The position numbers and the translations under genes were made by a program. From Alphaproteobacteria bacterium (lineage in GTDB: Bacteria > Pseudomonadota > Alphaproteobacteria > JBFXJJ01): a stretch of DNA of 64,000 nucleotides. Shown in pieces: positions 20,214-31,079 of the stretch. The stretch lies in the NCBI GenBank assembly GCA_050175015.1, contig JBFXJJ010000001.1:192001-256000 (forward strand), in the 5' to 3' direction. How positions within the stretch are numbered: position 1 is the first letter of the stretch; each line of letters begins with the position of its first letter. A model generated the notes under the pieces. The model saw nothing but the letters and a program-made list of their open reading frames with translations, did not search any database and had not been told where the DNA came from.

Positions 20214-20797
20214 TAGTTTTTAAAACCTTTTAATTTTAATTTTTTTAAAAAATATTCAACTTTTTTTATGCCACAGTTGGTATTAATTACAATATCAGCT
20301 TTTCTTTTCTTTATAAAATTTGGCAGCTGTCTTTGTTTTATACCTAAGAATTTTTCAAATGTCATATTTTTTCTTAACATAACTCTATGGTATTGCATAA
20401 AAGAAAAACACGAAACAACCATAATTTTATCACAAAATTTATCCCAGCCAGCTTCATATAACAATGGTATATCCAAGATAACAAATGATTCTAATTTGTT
20501 GTTATTTAAAAACTTATCCATTTCTATTTTAACTAATGGGTGAACCAATTTTTCTAATTTAATTCTTTTTTGTTTATTATTAAATACTATCTCACCTAAA
20601 ACTTTACGATTAATTTTATTGTTAAAAACAGCTTCAGGAAATTCATTTTTAATATTGTTTATTAATGATTTTTCTTCATTAAATAGCTTATGTACAACAA
20701 AATCAGATTCAAAAACAGGCAGTCCCATTTGCTTTAATATATTGCAAACAGTTGTTTTGCCCATAGCTATTGAGCCTGTAAGACCTATTATTATCAT
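20213..20797 (-). CDS. coaE: Dephospho-CoA kinase
   Basis: GLTGSIAMGKT, HPLV, DIPLLYE. Confidence 0.93.
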   Translation of the reverse strand: MIIIGLTGSIAMGKTTVCNILKQMGLPVFESDFVVHKLFNEEKSLINNIKNEFPEAVFNNKINRKVLGEIVFNNKQKRIKLEKLVHPLVKIEMDKFLNNNKLESFVILDIPLLYEAGWDKFCDKIMVVSCFSFMQYHRVMLRKNMTFEKFLGIKQRQLPNFIKKRKADIVINTNCGIKKVEYFLKKLKLKGFKN

Positions 20798-21633
20798 TAC
20801 GCAAACATCAATTCTTTAAGTTCTTCTGTAACTTCAGGATCAATTCCAAACCATGAAGCAAAGCTTGGTCTTGCTTGATGAAGCAGCATACCTAAGCCAT
20901 CAATAACAATATTTCCTCTAACTGCTGCCCTTCTTAAAAATTTTGTTTTAGTATCGTTATAAATAATATCAACAACTACAGCTTTAGGATTTAACTTACC
21001 TAATTCAATAGGTAAATCACTGCTTTTATCTAAACCCAAAGATGTTGAATTAACAATAAGTGTTGCATCATCAATACATTCCGAACGATATTCCCAATCA
21101 ACTATTTTTATTTTATTGCAGTTCATAATTTCTGCTAATTTCCCAGCATTAGATGCTGTACGATTAACTAATCTTATTTCAGGACAATTGCCATCAATCA
21201 GAGCGGAACAAACAGCCCTAGCAGCTCCACCTGCCCCATATAAAACTGCTGGACCTTTAGAAATTTGATTAGGACATCTTTGTTCAATATTTTGAGTAAA
21301 GCCAAAACTATCAGTATTATGACCAATTAAAGAACCATCATTTTTAACAATTATAGTGTTAACTGCGCCTATTTTTTTCGCTTCATTACTTAAAATATCA
21401 ACTAATTCCATAGCTCTAATTTTATGAGGAACTGTAACGTTTACCCCTTTAAAACCAAATTTAGAAAGATTTTTAACAACGTCATCAAAATCAGATGGCT
21501 TAACAGCAAACGGAACATATACTCCATTGATATTATATTTTTCAAACCAATAATTATGAATTAATGGCGATTTTGAATGTTCAATCGGATAACCTATAAC
21601 TCCTGCAAGCTCAGTTTTACCATTTATGTTCAT
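20797..21633 (-). CDS. aroE: Shikimate dehydrogenase
   Basis: HSKSPLIH, NVTVPHK, GAVNT, NTD, GAGGAA, DGLGMLLHQA. Confidence 0.95.
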   Translation of the reverse strand: MNINGKTELAGVIGYPIEHSKSPLIHNYWFEKYNINGVYVPFAVKPSDFDDVVKNLSKFGFKGVNVTVPHKIRAMELVDILSNEAKKIGAVNTIIVKNDGSLIGHNTDSFGFTQNIEQRCPNQISKGPAVLYGAGGAARAVCSALIDGNCPEIRLVNRTASNAGKLAEIMNCNKIKIVDWEYRSECIDDATLIVNSTSLGLDKSSDLPIELGKLNPKAVVVDIIYNDTKTKFLRRAAVRGNIVIDGLGMLLHQARPSFASWFGIDPEVTEELKELMFA

Positions 21634-22229
21634 TTTAAAACTACCTCTTTATTTCTCAAAAAATCTAAAATTGGTATTATTGGCAAACCTAAAATTCCAA
21701 AATAATCACTTTCTATTTCTGAAAAAAGCTGTATTCCTTCGCCCTCTAAAAAATAACAACCAACAGAATTTATAATTTCAGGATTATTTTCCACATAATT
21801 ATCTAAAAAATTATCAGAAAAATTACGCATAGCCATTTTAATTTTACTATTATAATTCCAAACAATTTCATTATTAATAGCTATAGTAACACCATTAACT
21901 AAATAATGGGTTTTGTTTCTTAAAAATTTTAAAACTTCCTTAGCTTCATTAATATTTTCAGCTTTACTAAATAAAATATTATCACATTCTAAAATTTGAT
22001 CAGCGCCTATTACTAAATGATTATCATATTTTTTCGAAATTTCTAATGCTTTTGCTTGAGCTAATTTTAAAGATGTAACTTTCGAATCTAATTTTTCAAT
22101 AAGACATTTCTGTTTTATTTTAGTTTCATCAACATTAGATCCTATAGCTTCAAATTTAATTCCAGAATTTGTTAAAATGTTAACTCTTGCTTTACTTTTT
22201 GATGCTAAAATAATCTTCTTCATAAGCAT
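21630..22229 (-). CDS. maf: Maf family nucleotide pyrophosphatase
   Basis: ILASKSKAR, GADQ, SVGCYFLEGEG, ILGLP. Confidence 0.92.
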   Translation of the reverse strand: MLMKKIILASKSKARVNILTNSGIKFEAIGSNVDETKIKQKCLIEKLDSKVTSLKLAQAKALEISKKYDNHLVIGADQILECDNILFSKAENINEAKEVLKFLRNKTHYLVNGVTIAINNEIVWNYNSKIKMAMRNFSDNFLDNYVENNPEIINSVGCYFLEGEGIQLFSEIESDYFGILGLPIIPILDFLRNKEVVLK

Positions 22230-22709
22230 TGCCTGTTACTAAAGTGGATAACTTGGATAAAATTTAATGCTAGATAAAATTATGCTCATAAGCAACTTTT
22301 TATCATTTAGTTTCAAACATGTTGATAAAAGATGTTAAACTTAAATAATTATCTTAATAACCATCTTAATAACAGCTTGAAGTATTTTATAAAAAATAGT
22401 AAATTATCTTATTGAAAAATTTTAAATTTTTTAAAAATATTAACAGTTTTTTATACAGCTTTTTAAAAAAGCTATTAACATGTTTAAAAATAACTTTAAA
22501 TAATGTGGATTAAAAATTATCCCAATTATCAACAAGCTCTAATAAAACAACATCTATTAAATATATTTTTTTATTTAGGATTTTTTTTAAACAGGCTCGT
22601 TATTAATTATTGACACACAGCCAAGCTTTGTTTATTTGTTCACCTAACTTCATTCAAACATTTAAGTTTTATTTCAACCTCCCAGAATAATTTAAAATTA
22701 AGAGATATA
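22230..22709. other. Probable chromosomal replication origin oriC
   Basis: AT-rich divergent spacer. 8/9 DnaA-box matches at 22243-22251(-), 22320-22328(-), 22504-22512(-) and 22526-22534(+); weaker matches at 22252 and 22517. A DnaA-trio-like period-3 run (TAA TAA AAC AAC) follows the last box. This is the canonical alphaproteobacterial position between maf and rho. Confidence 0.78.
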
Positions 22710-23969
22710 ATGATTCATTTAAAAGATTTAAAAAAGAAAACTCCAGCTGAGCTTTTGGCTTATGCTGAAGAATTAGGTATTGAAGATGCATCTAATCTTC
22801 GTGTTCAAGATATGATGTTTACAATACTTAAAAAATTAGCTGACAGTGAAACTGCTATTTTAGGCGAAGGAGTTTTAGAAGTCTTACAAGATGGCTTTGG
22901 TTTCTTACGTTCTCCACAATCAAATTATTTAGCAGGTCCAGATGATATTTATGTATCACCTAGTCAAATTAAAAAATTTGGTCTTAGGACAGGTGATACG
23001 GTAGAAGGAGAAATAAGATCTCCTAAAGATAACGAAAGATATTTTGCTCTTTTAAAAGTTAATAAAATTAATTTTGCGGATCCTGAAGAACTCAGATACC
23101 GCATTAATTTTGACAATTTGACACCGCTTTATCCTGATGAAAAATTAATGATGGAAGACGATGTTGATGATCGTAAGGATTATACTTCAAGAGTTGTTGA
23201 TTTAATATCTCCGCAAGGTAAAGGACAGAGGGGACTTATTGTTGCTCCTCCAAGAACTGGTAAAACAGTTATGCTGCAAAATATTGCTCATTCTATTACT
23301 AAAAATCACCCTGAAATTTATTTAATAGTTTTATTAATTGATGAACGTCCCGAAGAAGTTACAGATATGCAGCGTTCGGTTAAAGGTGAAGTTGTAAGTT
23401 CTACTTTTGATGAACCAGCATCAAGACACGTTCAAGTTGCTGAAATGGTTATAGAAAAAGCAAAAAGACTAGTTGAACATAAAAAAGATGTGGTTATTCT
23501 TCTTGATTCCATTACAAGACTTGCCAGAGCTTATAACACAGTTGTTCCTAGCTCAGGTAAGGTTTTAACTGGTGGTGTTGATGCTAATGCTTTGCAACGT
23601 CCAAAACGCTTTTTTGGTGCTGCTCGTAATATTGAAGAAGGTGGATCTCTTACAATTATAGCTACAGCTTTAGTTGATACTGGATCAAGAATGGACGAAG
23701 TTATTTTTGAAGAGTTTAAAGGCACAGGCAACTCTGAAATTATTCTTGATCGCAAATGTTCTGATAAAAGATTATTTCCAGCTATTGATATTACAAAATC
23801 AGGAACTCGCAAAGAAGAGCTTTTGGTTGATAAGGGCACCTTATCAAAAATGTGGGTTTTACGCCGTGTTCTTATGCCGATGGGCGTTACCGATGCAATG
23901 GAATTCCTTTTAGAAAAACTTAGAACATCTAAGTGTAATAATGACTTTTTTGACTCGATGAATAGTTAA
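22710..23969 (+). CDS. rho: Transcription termination factor Rho
   Basis: [57 protein letters not shown]. Confidence 0.98.
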   Translation: MIHLKDLKKKTPAELLAYAEELGIEDASNLRVQDMMFTILKKLADSETAILGEGVLEVLQDGFGFLRSPQSNYLAGPDDIYVSPSQIKKFGLRTGDTVEGEIRSPKDNERYFALLKVNKINFADPEELRYRINFDNLTPLYPDEKLMMEDDVDDRKDYTSRVVDLISPQGKGQRGLIVAPPRTGKTVMLQNIAHSITKNHPEIYLIVLLIDERPEEVTDMQRSVKGEVVSSTFDEPASRHVQVAEMVIEKAKRLVEHKKDVVILLDSITRLARAYNTVVPSSGKVLTGGVDANALQRPKRFFGAARNIEEGGSLTIIATALVDTGSRMDEVIFEEFKGTGNSEIILDRKCSDKRLFPAIDITKSGTRKEELLVDKGTLSKMWVLRRVLMPMGVTDAMEFLLEKLRTSKCNNDFFDSMNS

Positions 23970-24727
23970 TGTTTTATCAAGTTATAGAATATCTTCAAAG
24001 TTTAAATAGTTGGGTGGTTTTTGCTGCCCAACTATTATTTGTTTGGTCGTTTTTATTATTGATGCTTAAGGTTTTTGGTAAAGAAGGTTTATATGTTTTT
24101 GTCGCAATAGCTGTTGTAATCGCTAACATTGAAGTTTTAAAACTGGTTAATTTTAATTTATTTTCTAATCCCATAACTTTAGGTAATATTTTATTTTCAT
24201 CAGTGTTTTTAGCTACAGATATTTTAAGTGAAGTTTATGGAAAAAAATACGCTCAAAAAGCTGTAATGCTTGGCTTTTTTGCTTATTTATTGTCAGTTAT
24301 AGCCCTGTTTATAACATTGGGATATAAGCCTATTACAGCTCAGGATATACCATCTGATATGAGTTGGGCTTTAGCAGTTCAACCTGCTATGGAAACATTA
24401 TTCGTACCATCAGTTGGAATTTTTATATCAAGTATGACAGCTTATTTTTTAAGCCAGTTTTTAGACATTACAATTTTTCATAAAGTTAAAGATAAAACTA
24501 ATAATAAATATCTTTGGCTGCGCAACAATGCTTCAACATTTTGTTCATCGGTAATAGATAACACAACATTTAACTTTTTAGCTTTTGTTGTTTTAACTTC
24601 AAATCCTGTAAGTATCACGGTGTTATTAAAGAGTTATATCTTGGGTATGCTGGCTTTAAGATGGAGTCTTGCCATTTTTGATACTCCTATAATTTATTTT
24701 GCTAGAAAAATAGCGCCTAAAAATTAA
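23969..24727 (+). CDS. yhhQ: Queuosine precursor transporter (YhhQ/Vut_1 family)
   Basis: ANIEVLK, TDILSEVYG, SQFLD, WLRNNAST, DTP; TAATG overlap with rho. Confidence 0.85.
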   Translation: MFYQVIEYLQSLNSWVVFAAQLLFVWSFLLLMLKVFGKEGLYVFVAIAVVIANIEVLKLVNFNLFSNPITLGNILFSSVFLATDILSEVYGKKYAQKAVMLGFFAYLLSVIALFITLGYKPITAQDIPSDMSWALAVQPAMETLFVPSVGIFISSMTAYFLSQFLDITIFHKVKDKTNNKYLWLRNNASTFCSSVIDNTTFNFLAFVVLTSNPVSITVLLKSYILGMLALRWSLAIFDTPIIYFARKIAPKN

Positions 24728-24729
24728 CC

Positions 24730-24855
24730 ATATAAAAGTTTTGATTTTACTTTTACAAAAGTAAAAACTTACCTGTTAAGGCTTGCCGTAAAACAAAATG
24801 ATTATATTGCTTTGCACATTAATGATTTTTTTAAAAATCCTTAACAATCCTTAAG
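24730..24855. repeat. Modular intergenic repeat (modules B and A) overlapping the ogt stop codon
   Basis: TTTTACTTTTACAAAAGTAAAA hairpin, CTTGCCGTAAAACAAAA, and degenerate palindrome A at 24819-24844. Confidence 0.8.
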
Positions 24856-25308
24856 AAGATTATTTTTTTCCAAAGAAAGTAATAATTTTTTATCTTCTAT
24901 CCCATTAAAGCCAGAATAGCCGCCGATTTTATCATTTTTGGCGATAACTCTATGACAAGGAATAATAATTGGTATAGGATTTTTGCCGCACGCCATTCCA
25001 ACTGGTCTAGGATATGATTTTATATTTTCAGCTAAGCTCCCATAGCTTAAAGTTTCACCATAAGGAATCGAAAGCATTTCATTCCAAACTTTTTGCTGAA
25101 ACATAGTTCCTTCAGGTTTTAGAGGCAGATTAAACGCTTTTAAAGTACCTTCAAAATAATTGTTAAGTTGCTTTTTTGCTTCTAATAACAGCAAAGTTTC
25201 TGAAAATATATCTTCTTTTTGTGGTGTTTTTCCAAGATTTGATATAAAACCATTTTTTTCGGTTATATATAAAATTCCAAGAAAACTATTTAATTTAATA
25301 TAAGCCAT
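24841..25308 (-). CDS. ogt: Methylated-DNA--protein-cysteine methyltransferase
   Basis: GTMFQQKVW, IPYG, NPIPIIIPCHRVI. Confidence 0.93.
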   Translation of the reverse strand: MAYIKLNSFLGILYITEKNGFISNLGKTPQKEDIFSETLLLLEAKKQLNNYFEGTLKAFNLPLKPEGTMFQQKVWNEMLSIPYGETLSYGSLAENIKSYPRPVGMACGKNPIPIIIPCHRVIAKNDKIGGYSGFNGIEDKKLLLSLEKNNLLKDC

Positions 25309-25332
25309 AAAGGTTAATATAAGGGAAAGCTT

Positions 25333-26688
25333 ATGAAAGATAAAGATACGATTTTTGCTCTTGCTAGTGGAATGGGAAAAGCTGGTGTCGCTGTTATCAG
25401 AATATCAGGAAGTAACGCTGATAAAGCTGTTTATAAGATGACTAAAAATGCAGCAAAAATTTTAGCAAAGCCAAGATATGCTTTTTTTGAAGCCTTATAT
25501 AACCCAGTTACAAATGAGCCAATAGACGAATCTTTAATAATATATTTTAAAGCTCCCTATAGTTTTACAGGTGAAGATATTGTAGAGCTTCATATTCACG
25601 GCGGTAGAGCTGTAATTAATGATGTTTTAAAATCGTTAATTAAAATTGATGGATTTAGACCAGCTGAGGCAGGAGAATATTCCTTAAGAGCATTTTTAAA
25701 CAATAAAATGGATTTAACGGAAGCTGAGGGGCTTTGTGATATTATTGATGCTGAAACATCGAGCCAGAGACAACAAGCTCTAAGACAGCTTAAAGGTCAT
25801 TTAAAAGACTTTTATGAAGATTTAAGAAAACAACTAGTTGCAAGTCTTTCTCATATGGAGGCATATCTTGATTTTCCAGAAGAAGAGATACCAGAAGATG
25901 TTACTTTAGCGATACAAAACAATATATCTTTATTAATCAATAAAATATCACAATATGTTGATGATAAGCAATATGGTGAAAAAATTAGAGATGGATTTTC
26001 AGTAGCTATTATTGGAGAACCTAATGTTGGCAAGTCAAGTATCATAAATCAATTAACAAAACGAAACGTTTCTATTGTTTCTGACGTTGAGGGAACCACA
26101 AGAGACATAATCGATGTTCATTTTGAGATTAACGGTATTTTAGTTAATATCTCTGATACAGCAGGAATAAGAACAACGTTCGATAAGGTAGAAAAAGAAG
26201 GCGTTGAGCGTGCTGTAAATTGTGCAGAGAATGCTGATATAATAGTTTATGTTTTTGACAATTATGAAAAGCTAAAAAATCCAGATGATAATTTTAATGA
26301 TATTATAAATGATAAATCTAATATTATATATGTTTTGAATAAGGCTGATTTATTGAATCAAAAAATAGAGTTAGAACATAAAGATAATAAGATTTTTTTA
26401 GTTTCGGCATTAACAGGTTTAGGACTTAAGGAATTAGTTGAAGAGATTTCTAAAGTTATATCCGAAACAGATTTATTAAATTCCGCTCCAGTTATCACAC
26501 GGGCAAGACATAGATATGCTTTAGAAAAGACTTTAGAAGCTTTGAAACGCTTTGATTTAAGCAATAATCTTGATATTGCTTGTGAAGATTTGCGTATAGC
26601 GACAAGATTTTTAGGAACAATTACTGGGGTAGTTGATGTTGAAGAGATTTTAGATAATATTTTTTCAAAATTCTGCATCGGAAAATAA
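25333..26688 (+). CDS. mnmE: tRNA modification GTPase MnmE
   Basis: SFTGED, GEPNVGKSS, GTTRD, DTAGIR, FSKFCIGK. Confidence 0.97.
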   Translation: MKDKDTIFALASGMGKAGVAVIRISGSNADKAVYKMTKNAAKILAKPRYAFFEALYNPVTNEPIDESLIIYFKAPYSFTGEDIVELHIHGGRAVINDVLKSLIKIDGFRPAEAGEYSLRAFLNNKMDLTEAEGLCDIIDAETSSQRQQALRQLKGHLKDFYEDLRKQLVASLSHMEAYLDFPEEEIPEDVTLAIQNNISLLINKISQYVDDKQYGEKIRDGFSVAIIGEPNVGKSSIINQLTKRNVSIVSDVEGTTRDIIDVHFEINGILVNISDTAGIRTTFDKVEKEGVERAVNCAENADIIVYVFDNYEKLKNPDDNFNDIINDKSNIIYVLNKADLLNQKIELEHKDNKIFLVSALTGLGLKELVEEISKVISETDLLNSAPVITRARHRYALEKTLEALKRFDLSNNLDIACEDLRIATRFLGTITGVVDVEEILDNIFSKFCIGK

Positions 26689-26714
26689 AAAAAGATCAAA
26701 AATAAAACCATAAA

Positions 26715-26730
26715 TGTTTCACGTGAAACA
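26715..26730. promoter_or_regulatory. parS centromere site 1
   Basis: TGTTTCACGTGAAACA, perfect consensus. Confidence 0.95.
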
Positions 26731-26991
26731 AAATGACTAAGTCATTAAAATAACAAACAAAAAAGAGACTTAAAAAATACAAAATTAAGAGCTAAAATAA
26801 TTATGCTAATTTATGATATTTAAACTAAAAAATTAACAAAGAGTTAATGAAAAAATCAAAGACAAAATAAGTTTGCAGATTGTTTTTTCTATAATTAATT
26901 ATATATTCATAATTACTAGGCTATATAATGAATAATTAAAATTTTATTAAGACTCATAAATAGTATATAAAAAAATAAAGAGTACTCTAAT

Positions 26992-28857
26992 ATGTCAGAT
27001 AAAGTTAAATATGATGTTATTGTCGTCGGTGGTGGACACGCTGGGTGTGAAGCTGCTGCCTCTTCTGCTCGTATGGGAGCAAAAACACTTTTGGCAACTC
27101 ATAAAATAAGCACTCTCGGTGAAATGTCGTGTAACCCTGCTATCGGAGGTCTGGGTAAAGGACATCTGGTTAGAGAAATAGATGCTCTAGATGGGTTAAT
27201 GGCACGTGTTATTGATAAGGCTGGTATTCAGTTTCGTATGCTTAACAGCTCCAGAGGAGCTGCAGTACAAGGTCCTAGAGCCCAAGCAGACCGTGAACTT
27301 TATCGTCAGGCTATGCAGTCAGAACTCTTAAATTATAATAATCTTGATGTCTTAGAAGCTGATATTGAAGGATTAGAAGTAGATTTTGAGAACAAACAGG
27401 TTTTAGGTGTTAAAACGGCTGAAGGAAAAGTTATTTATGCTGGAGCAGTTATTTTAACAACGGGGACTTTTTTAAAAGGTCTAATGCATTTTGGTCCTGA
27501 AAAAATTGTAGGCGGTAGAATCAATGATATTTCTTGCGATGGAATTTCTCCTGATTTAATAAAATGCGGACTAACGGTAGGCAGACTTAAAACTGGCACT
27601 CCTCCTAGACTTGATGGCAGGACAATAGATTGGAGCCAAACAGCTATTCAAGAAGGTGATAACCCCCCTATTCCATTTTCTTTTATGACTAAAGAAATCA
27701 AAACAAAACAAATAATGTGTAATATCACCCATACGAATGAAGAGACTAATCAAATTATTAAAGATAATCTTTTTCAGGCACCTCTTTTTTCAGGTCAAAT
27801 TAAAGGAATTGGTCCTAGATACTGCCCAAGTATTGAAGATAAAATTGTTAAGTTTTCAGATAAGAAAAGCCATCAGATTTTCTTAGAACCAGAAGGTTTA
27901 AACGATGATACGATTTATCCAAACGGTATTTCAACATCGCTTCCCCAAACGGTTCAAATGCAGATTTTAAAAACAATACCTGGATTAGAAAATGCGGTAA
28001 TGCTTAGACCTGGTTATGCTATTGAATATGATTATGTAGATCCAAGAGAGATGAAAGCAACCCTTGAAACCAAAAAAGTAAAAGGCTTATTTTTAGCAGG
28101 ACAAATTAATGGTACTACTGGTTATGAAGAAGCTGCGGCTTTAGGTTTGATTGCAGGAATTAATGCGGCTTTGTTAGCATCTGGCTCTGATAATACCTTC
28201 ATCGTTGATCGTGCGACGGGTTATATCGGAGTAATGATTGATGATTTAATAACTAAAGGGGTTGATGAACCATATCGTATGTTTACATCTCGGGCGGAGT
28301 ATCGTCTTACTTTGCGTGCCGATAATGCCGATCGTCGGTTGACACCAGCAGGCATAAAAATTGGTTGTGTAGGTAAAGAACGTCAAAAAGCATTTGAAGA
28401 AAAAGATGCTAACCTAACAAAAGGTTATAACCTTGTTAATAGTTTAGAAATATCGCCTTCCAAACTAAAGTTATATGGAATAGAAATTAAACAAGATGGC
28501 ATTAAAAGAACGGCTTTTGAATTATTGTCTTTTAGAGATATAACATTAGATCATTTATGCAATATTTGGCCAGAACTAAAAGATTTAGATTCTATCACTT
28601 TAGAGCAGATAAAAGTTGAAGGACAATATTTTGGCTATCTGAAGAGACAAGAAAGTGATATTGAAGCATTTAAGCGTGATGAAAATTTAAAGATACCAGA
28701 AAACTTTAATTATGATTTAGTTGGCGGACTATCAAATGAAGTTAAAAGCAAATTGAAAAAAGTTATGCCGAATACGATTGGTGTAGCATCACGTATTCCA
28801 GGGATTACACCATCGGCTGTTAGCGCCGTTATGGTTGCCGTAAAAAAATGTGGCTAG
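26992..28857 (+). CDS. mnmG: tRNA uridine 5-carboxymethylaminomethyl modification enzyme MnmG (GidA)
   Basis: [53 protein letters not shown]. Confidence 0.98.
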   Translation: MSDKVKYDVIVVGGGHAGCEAAASSARMGAKTLLATHKISTLGEMSCNPAIGGLGKGHLVREIDALDGLMARVIDKAGIQFRMLNSSRGAAVQGPRAQADRELYRQAMQSELLNYNNLDVLEADIEGLEVDFENKQVLGVKTAEGKVIYAGAVILTTGTFLKGLMHFGPEKIVGGRINDISCDGISPDLIKCGLTVGRLKTGTPPRLDGRTIDWSQTAIQEGDNPPIPFSFMTKEIKTKQIMCNITHTNEETNQIIKDNLFQAPLFSGQIKGIGPRYCPSIEDKIVKFSDKKSHQIFLEPEGLNDDTIYPNGISTSLPQTVQMQILKTIPGLENAVMLRPGYAIEYDYVDPREMKATLETKKVKGLFLAGQINGTTGYEEAAALGLIAGINAALLASGSDNTFIVDRATGYIGVMIDDLITKGVDEPYRMFTSRAEYRLTLRADNADRRLTPAGIKIGCVGKERQKAFEEKDANLTKGYNLVNSLEISPSKLKLYGIEIKQDGIKRTAFELLSFRDITLDHLCNIWPELKDLDSITLEQIKVEGQYFGYLKRQESDIEAFKRDENLKIPENFNYDLVGGLSNEVKSKLKKVMPNTIGVASRIPGITPSAVSAVMVAVKKCG

Positions 28858-28911
28858 TTTTTAAATGTATAATCTTTAAAAAGTATAATGCATTGCTTTT
28901 CATTAATGTTC

Positions 28912-29147
28912 ATATAAAAGTTTTATTTTTACTTTTACAAAAGTAAAAACAGTCTGTTAAGACTTGCCTTAAGGCAAAAATTATAAATTTTAATAACACG
29001 TTATTTTGCTTCGCATATTAAGGATTTTTTCAAAAAATCCTTAATAATCCTTAAACTTTATTTATAAGAAAAACTACCTGTTAAGGTTTACCGTAAGGCA
29101 AAAGCATAAATTTAGTATCTAGCAACTTAAATGACTTTATGCTCTAA
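28912..29147. repeat. Modular intergenic repeat cluster (B-A-B', GCTCTAA end)
   Basis: TTTTACTTTTACAAAAGTAAAA, TTGCCTTAAGGCAA, palindrome A at 29018-29044, ending ATGCTCTAA. Confidence 0.85.
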
Positions 29148-30069
29148 TAATTTAGACACAAATTTTTTTTAAAAAATAAGAAAACATTTAGATTAAATAA
29201 AAATATGGCACCCAATTTTTTTAAATAGCTTCTGAATAGTTAAGAATAATGATTTCTAAGTGCAGCTTAAATTAGCTTTTTATCGTGGCATTATTTTATC
29301 ATTAAATTGGTTCAGAAATTATATCTTATATATAGTATTTTCTTATATAAATTAGCATAATTGATGCTATATATAGCTAAAATCAGTAAAAAAATCATAT
29401 AAATTAATAGCTTATAATTACAGTTCAAAATAATACCTATGTAGTTAATTATTTCGTATATTATATGATTATAAAAAATAAAGTTAAAAAATAGTTATAT
29501 GTGTGCTTCACAAATTTAAAAAAATAATTAAAAGATATTCCTTTAATTAGGCATCATTTAGAACTGGTTTTTACAAAAAATGGAATTTTTTAAGCAAAGA
29601 TTTTTTAAAAATGAAATCTGAAAAGTTTAAGTAATTAGTCTAAATTTTTTTGAAATTATAAAATATTTATGTTTAAACAGAAAATTTGATGAAGCTAAAA
29701 ATTCTTTGGAAATAGAAATCGGTCAGAAAATAGAAAAATTTTAAGAAAAAAATTTTTTATTCAAGGAAAGTTTTTTCAAGAAATTTAAAATACAATTACA
29801 AAAAATTACTATAAAAAATAAAACGCCACAAATTTTCCCCTCAATTTTTACCTTAAAAAAGAGCCAAATAAAATTGATTATTAATAATTTTTTAATTTTT
29901 GCTTTAAAAGGTATCGTAAGCCTCAAATTATAATTAACTAAAAAACAGCTAATATTATCAAATAAAGCTTAAGACAAAGAGAAGTATAGATAAAAAATTG
30001 TTAGTGCTGTTTAAAAAACTATTGACCAGATTCGCAAAACGTGTTTTTATAATACTAGGTATTTAGCGT

Positions 30070-30085
30070 TGTTTCACGTGAAACA
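30070..30085. promoter_or_regulatory. parS centromere site 2
   Basis: TGTTTCACGTGAAACA, perfect consensus. Confidence 0.95.
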
Positions 30086-30351
30086 ATCATAGGTTGTGAA
30101 CGATATTCATATAAAAATTAGGAAAATAAGATAAAGAATACATAGTTCAATAGATTGATAATTTCGATATATTAATTATATCATAATTAAAACAAAATCT
30201 ATATTTTGTTGAATTTTGAGAAAAATATCTATATTTAGATTTAAATTTTTTAAAATAAATTTAAAGAAAATAAATGACAAAGCGTTGTGCGATTTTGATT
30301 TTTTTAATTAGATATAATTTTTAAGGCAAATTATAGGATAAATAAGCTCAA

Positions 30352-30999
30352 GTGGTTGTAAATCAGAATAAAAAAAATGATTTTTTGCAGAAAATGCCTG
30401 TTTCACGTGAAACAGAAAATAAACTTGAGTGCTATTTAGAAACACTTATTAAGTGGAATAGCAAAATTAATCTAGTTTCGCAAAAAACCATTGAAAATGC
30501 TTGGGAAAGACACTTTTTAGACTCGGCGCAGTTGGTTAAATACATTCCTGAAAATACTAAAAAAGTCGTTGATATTGGTTCTGGTGCGGGATTTCCTGGA
30601 GTCGTGCTTGCTACTCTTAAGGGTGATTTCAATCTTGATTTTGAGACTAATTTAGTGGAGAGCGATTCGCGAAAATGTGCCTTTTTGCAAGAGGTTGTAC
30701 GAGTCTGCGATGTGTCAAAAGTTAGGATTTTCAATAGTCGAATCGAGAAAAATAAAGATTTAAACGGTGATGTTGTAACGGCTAGAGCTTTGGCAGATCT
30801 TAATCTTTTGCTTGATTATTCATATAATTATATTACTAAATATGGTAAATATATTTTTCTTAAAACACAAAATATAGATAAAGAATTGCATGAAGCTCAA
30901 AAGAGCTGGATTTTTGATTATAGTTTAGAGCCGAGTATAACTGATGAAAATGGTGCCATAATTATTGTTGAAAATTTAAAAAAAATAGAAAAAGGGTGA
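30352..30999 (+). CDS. rsmG: 16S rRNA m7G527 methyltransferase RsmG (GidB)
   Basis: WNSKINLV, RHFLDS, DIGSGAGFPG, TARA. Confidence 0.95.
   Translation: MVVNQNKKNDFLQKMPVSRETENKLECYLETLIKWNSKINLVSQKTIENAWERHFLDSAQLVKYIPENTKKVVDIGSGAGFPGVVLATLKGDFNLDFETNLVESDSRKCAFLQEVVRVCDVSKVRIFNSRIEKNKDLNGDVVTARALADLNLLLDYSYNYITKYGKYIFLKTQNIDKELHEAQKSWIFDYSLEPSITDENGAIIIVENLKKIEKG
30399..30414. promoter_or_regulatory. parS centromere site 3, inside rsmG (encodes VSRET)
   Basis: TGTTTCACGTGAAACA, perfect consensus. Confidence 0.93.
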
Positions 31000-31079
31000 G
31001 CTAATTTATATGAGAATATGTTTTTTTATATTCTGTTAAAATAGCTAGATTTTATAACTAAAATATAAGGATTTTAGAT

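Noticed and set aside
29741-29926. 61-aa ORF in the mnmG-rsmG spacer
   Set aside because: F/K/I/L composition expected from random AT-rich DNA; no RBS or motif.
28858-30351. mnmG-rsmG spacer as oriC
   Set aside because: I found no DnaA-box cluster here; the maf-rho spacer has the boxes, gene divergence and canonical position.
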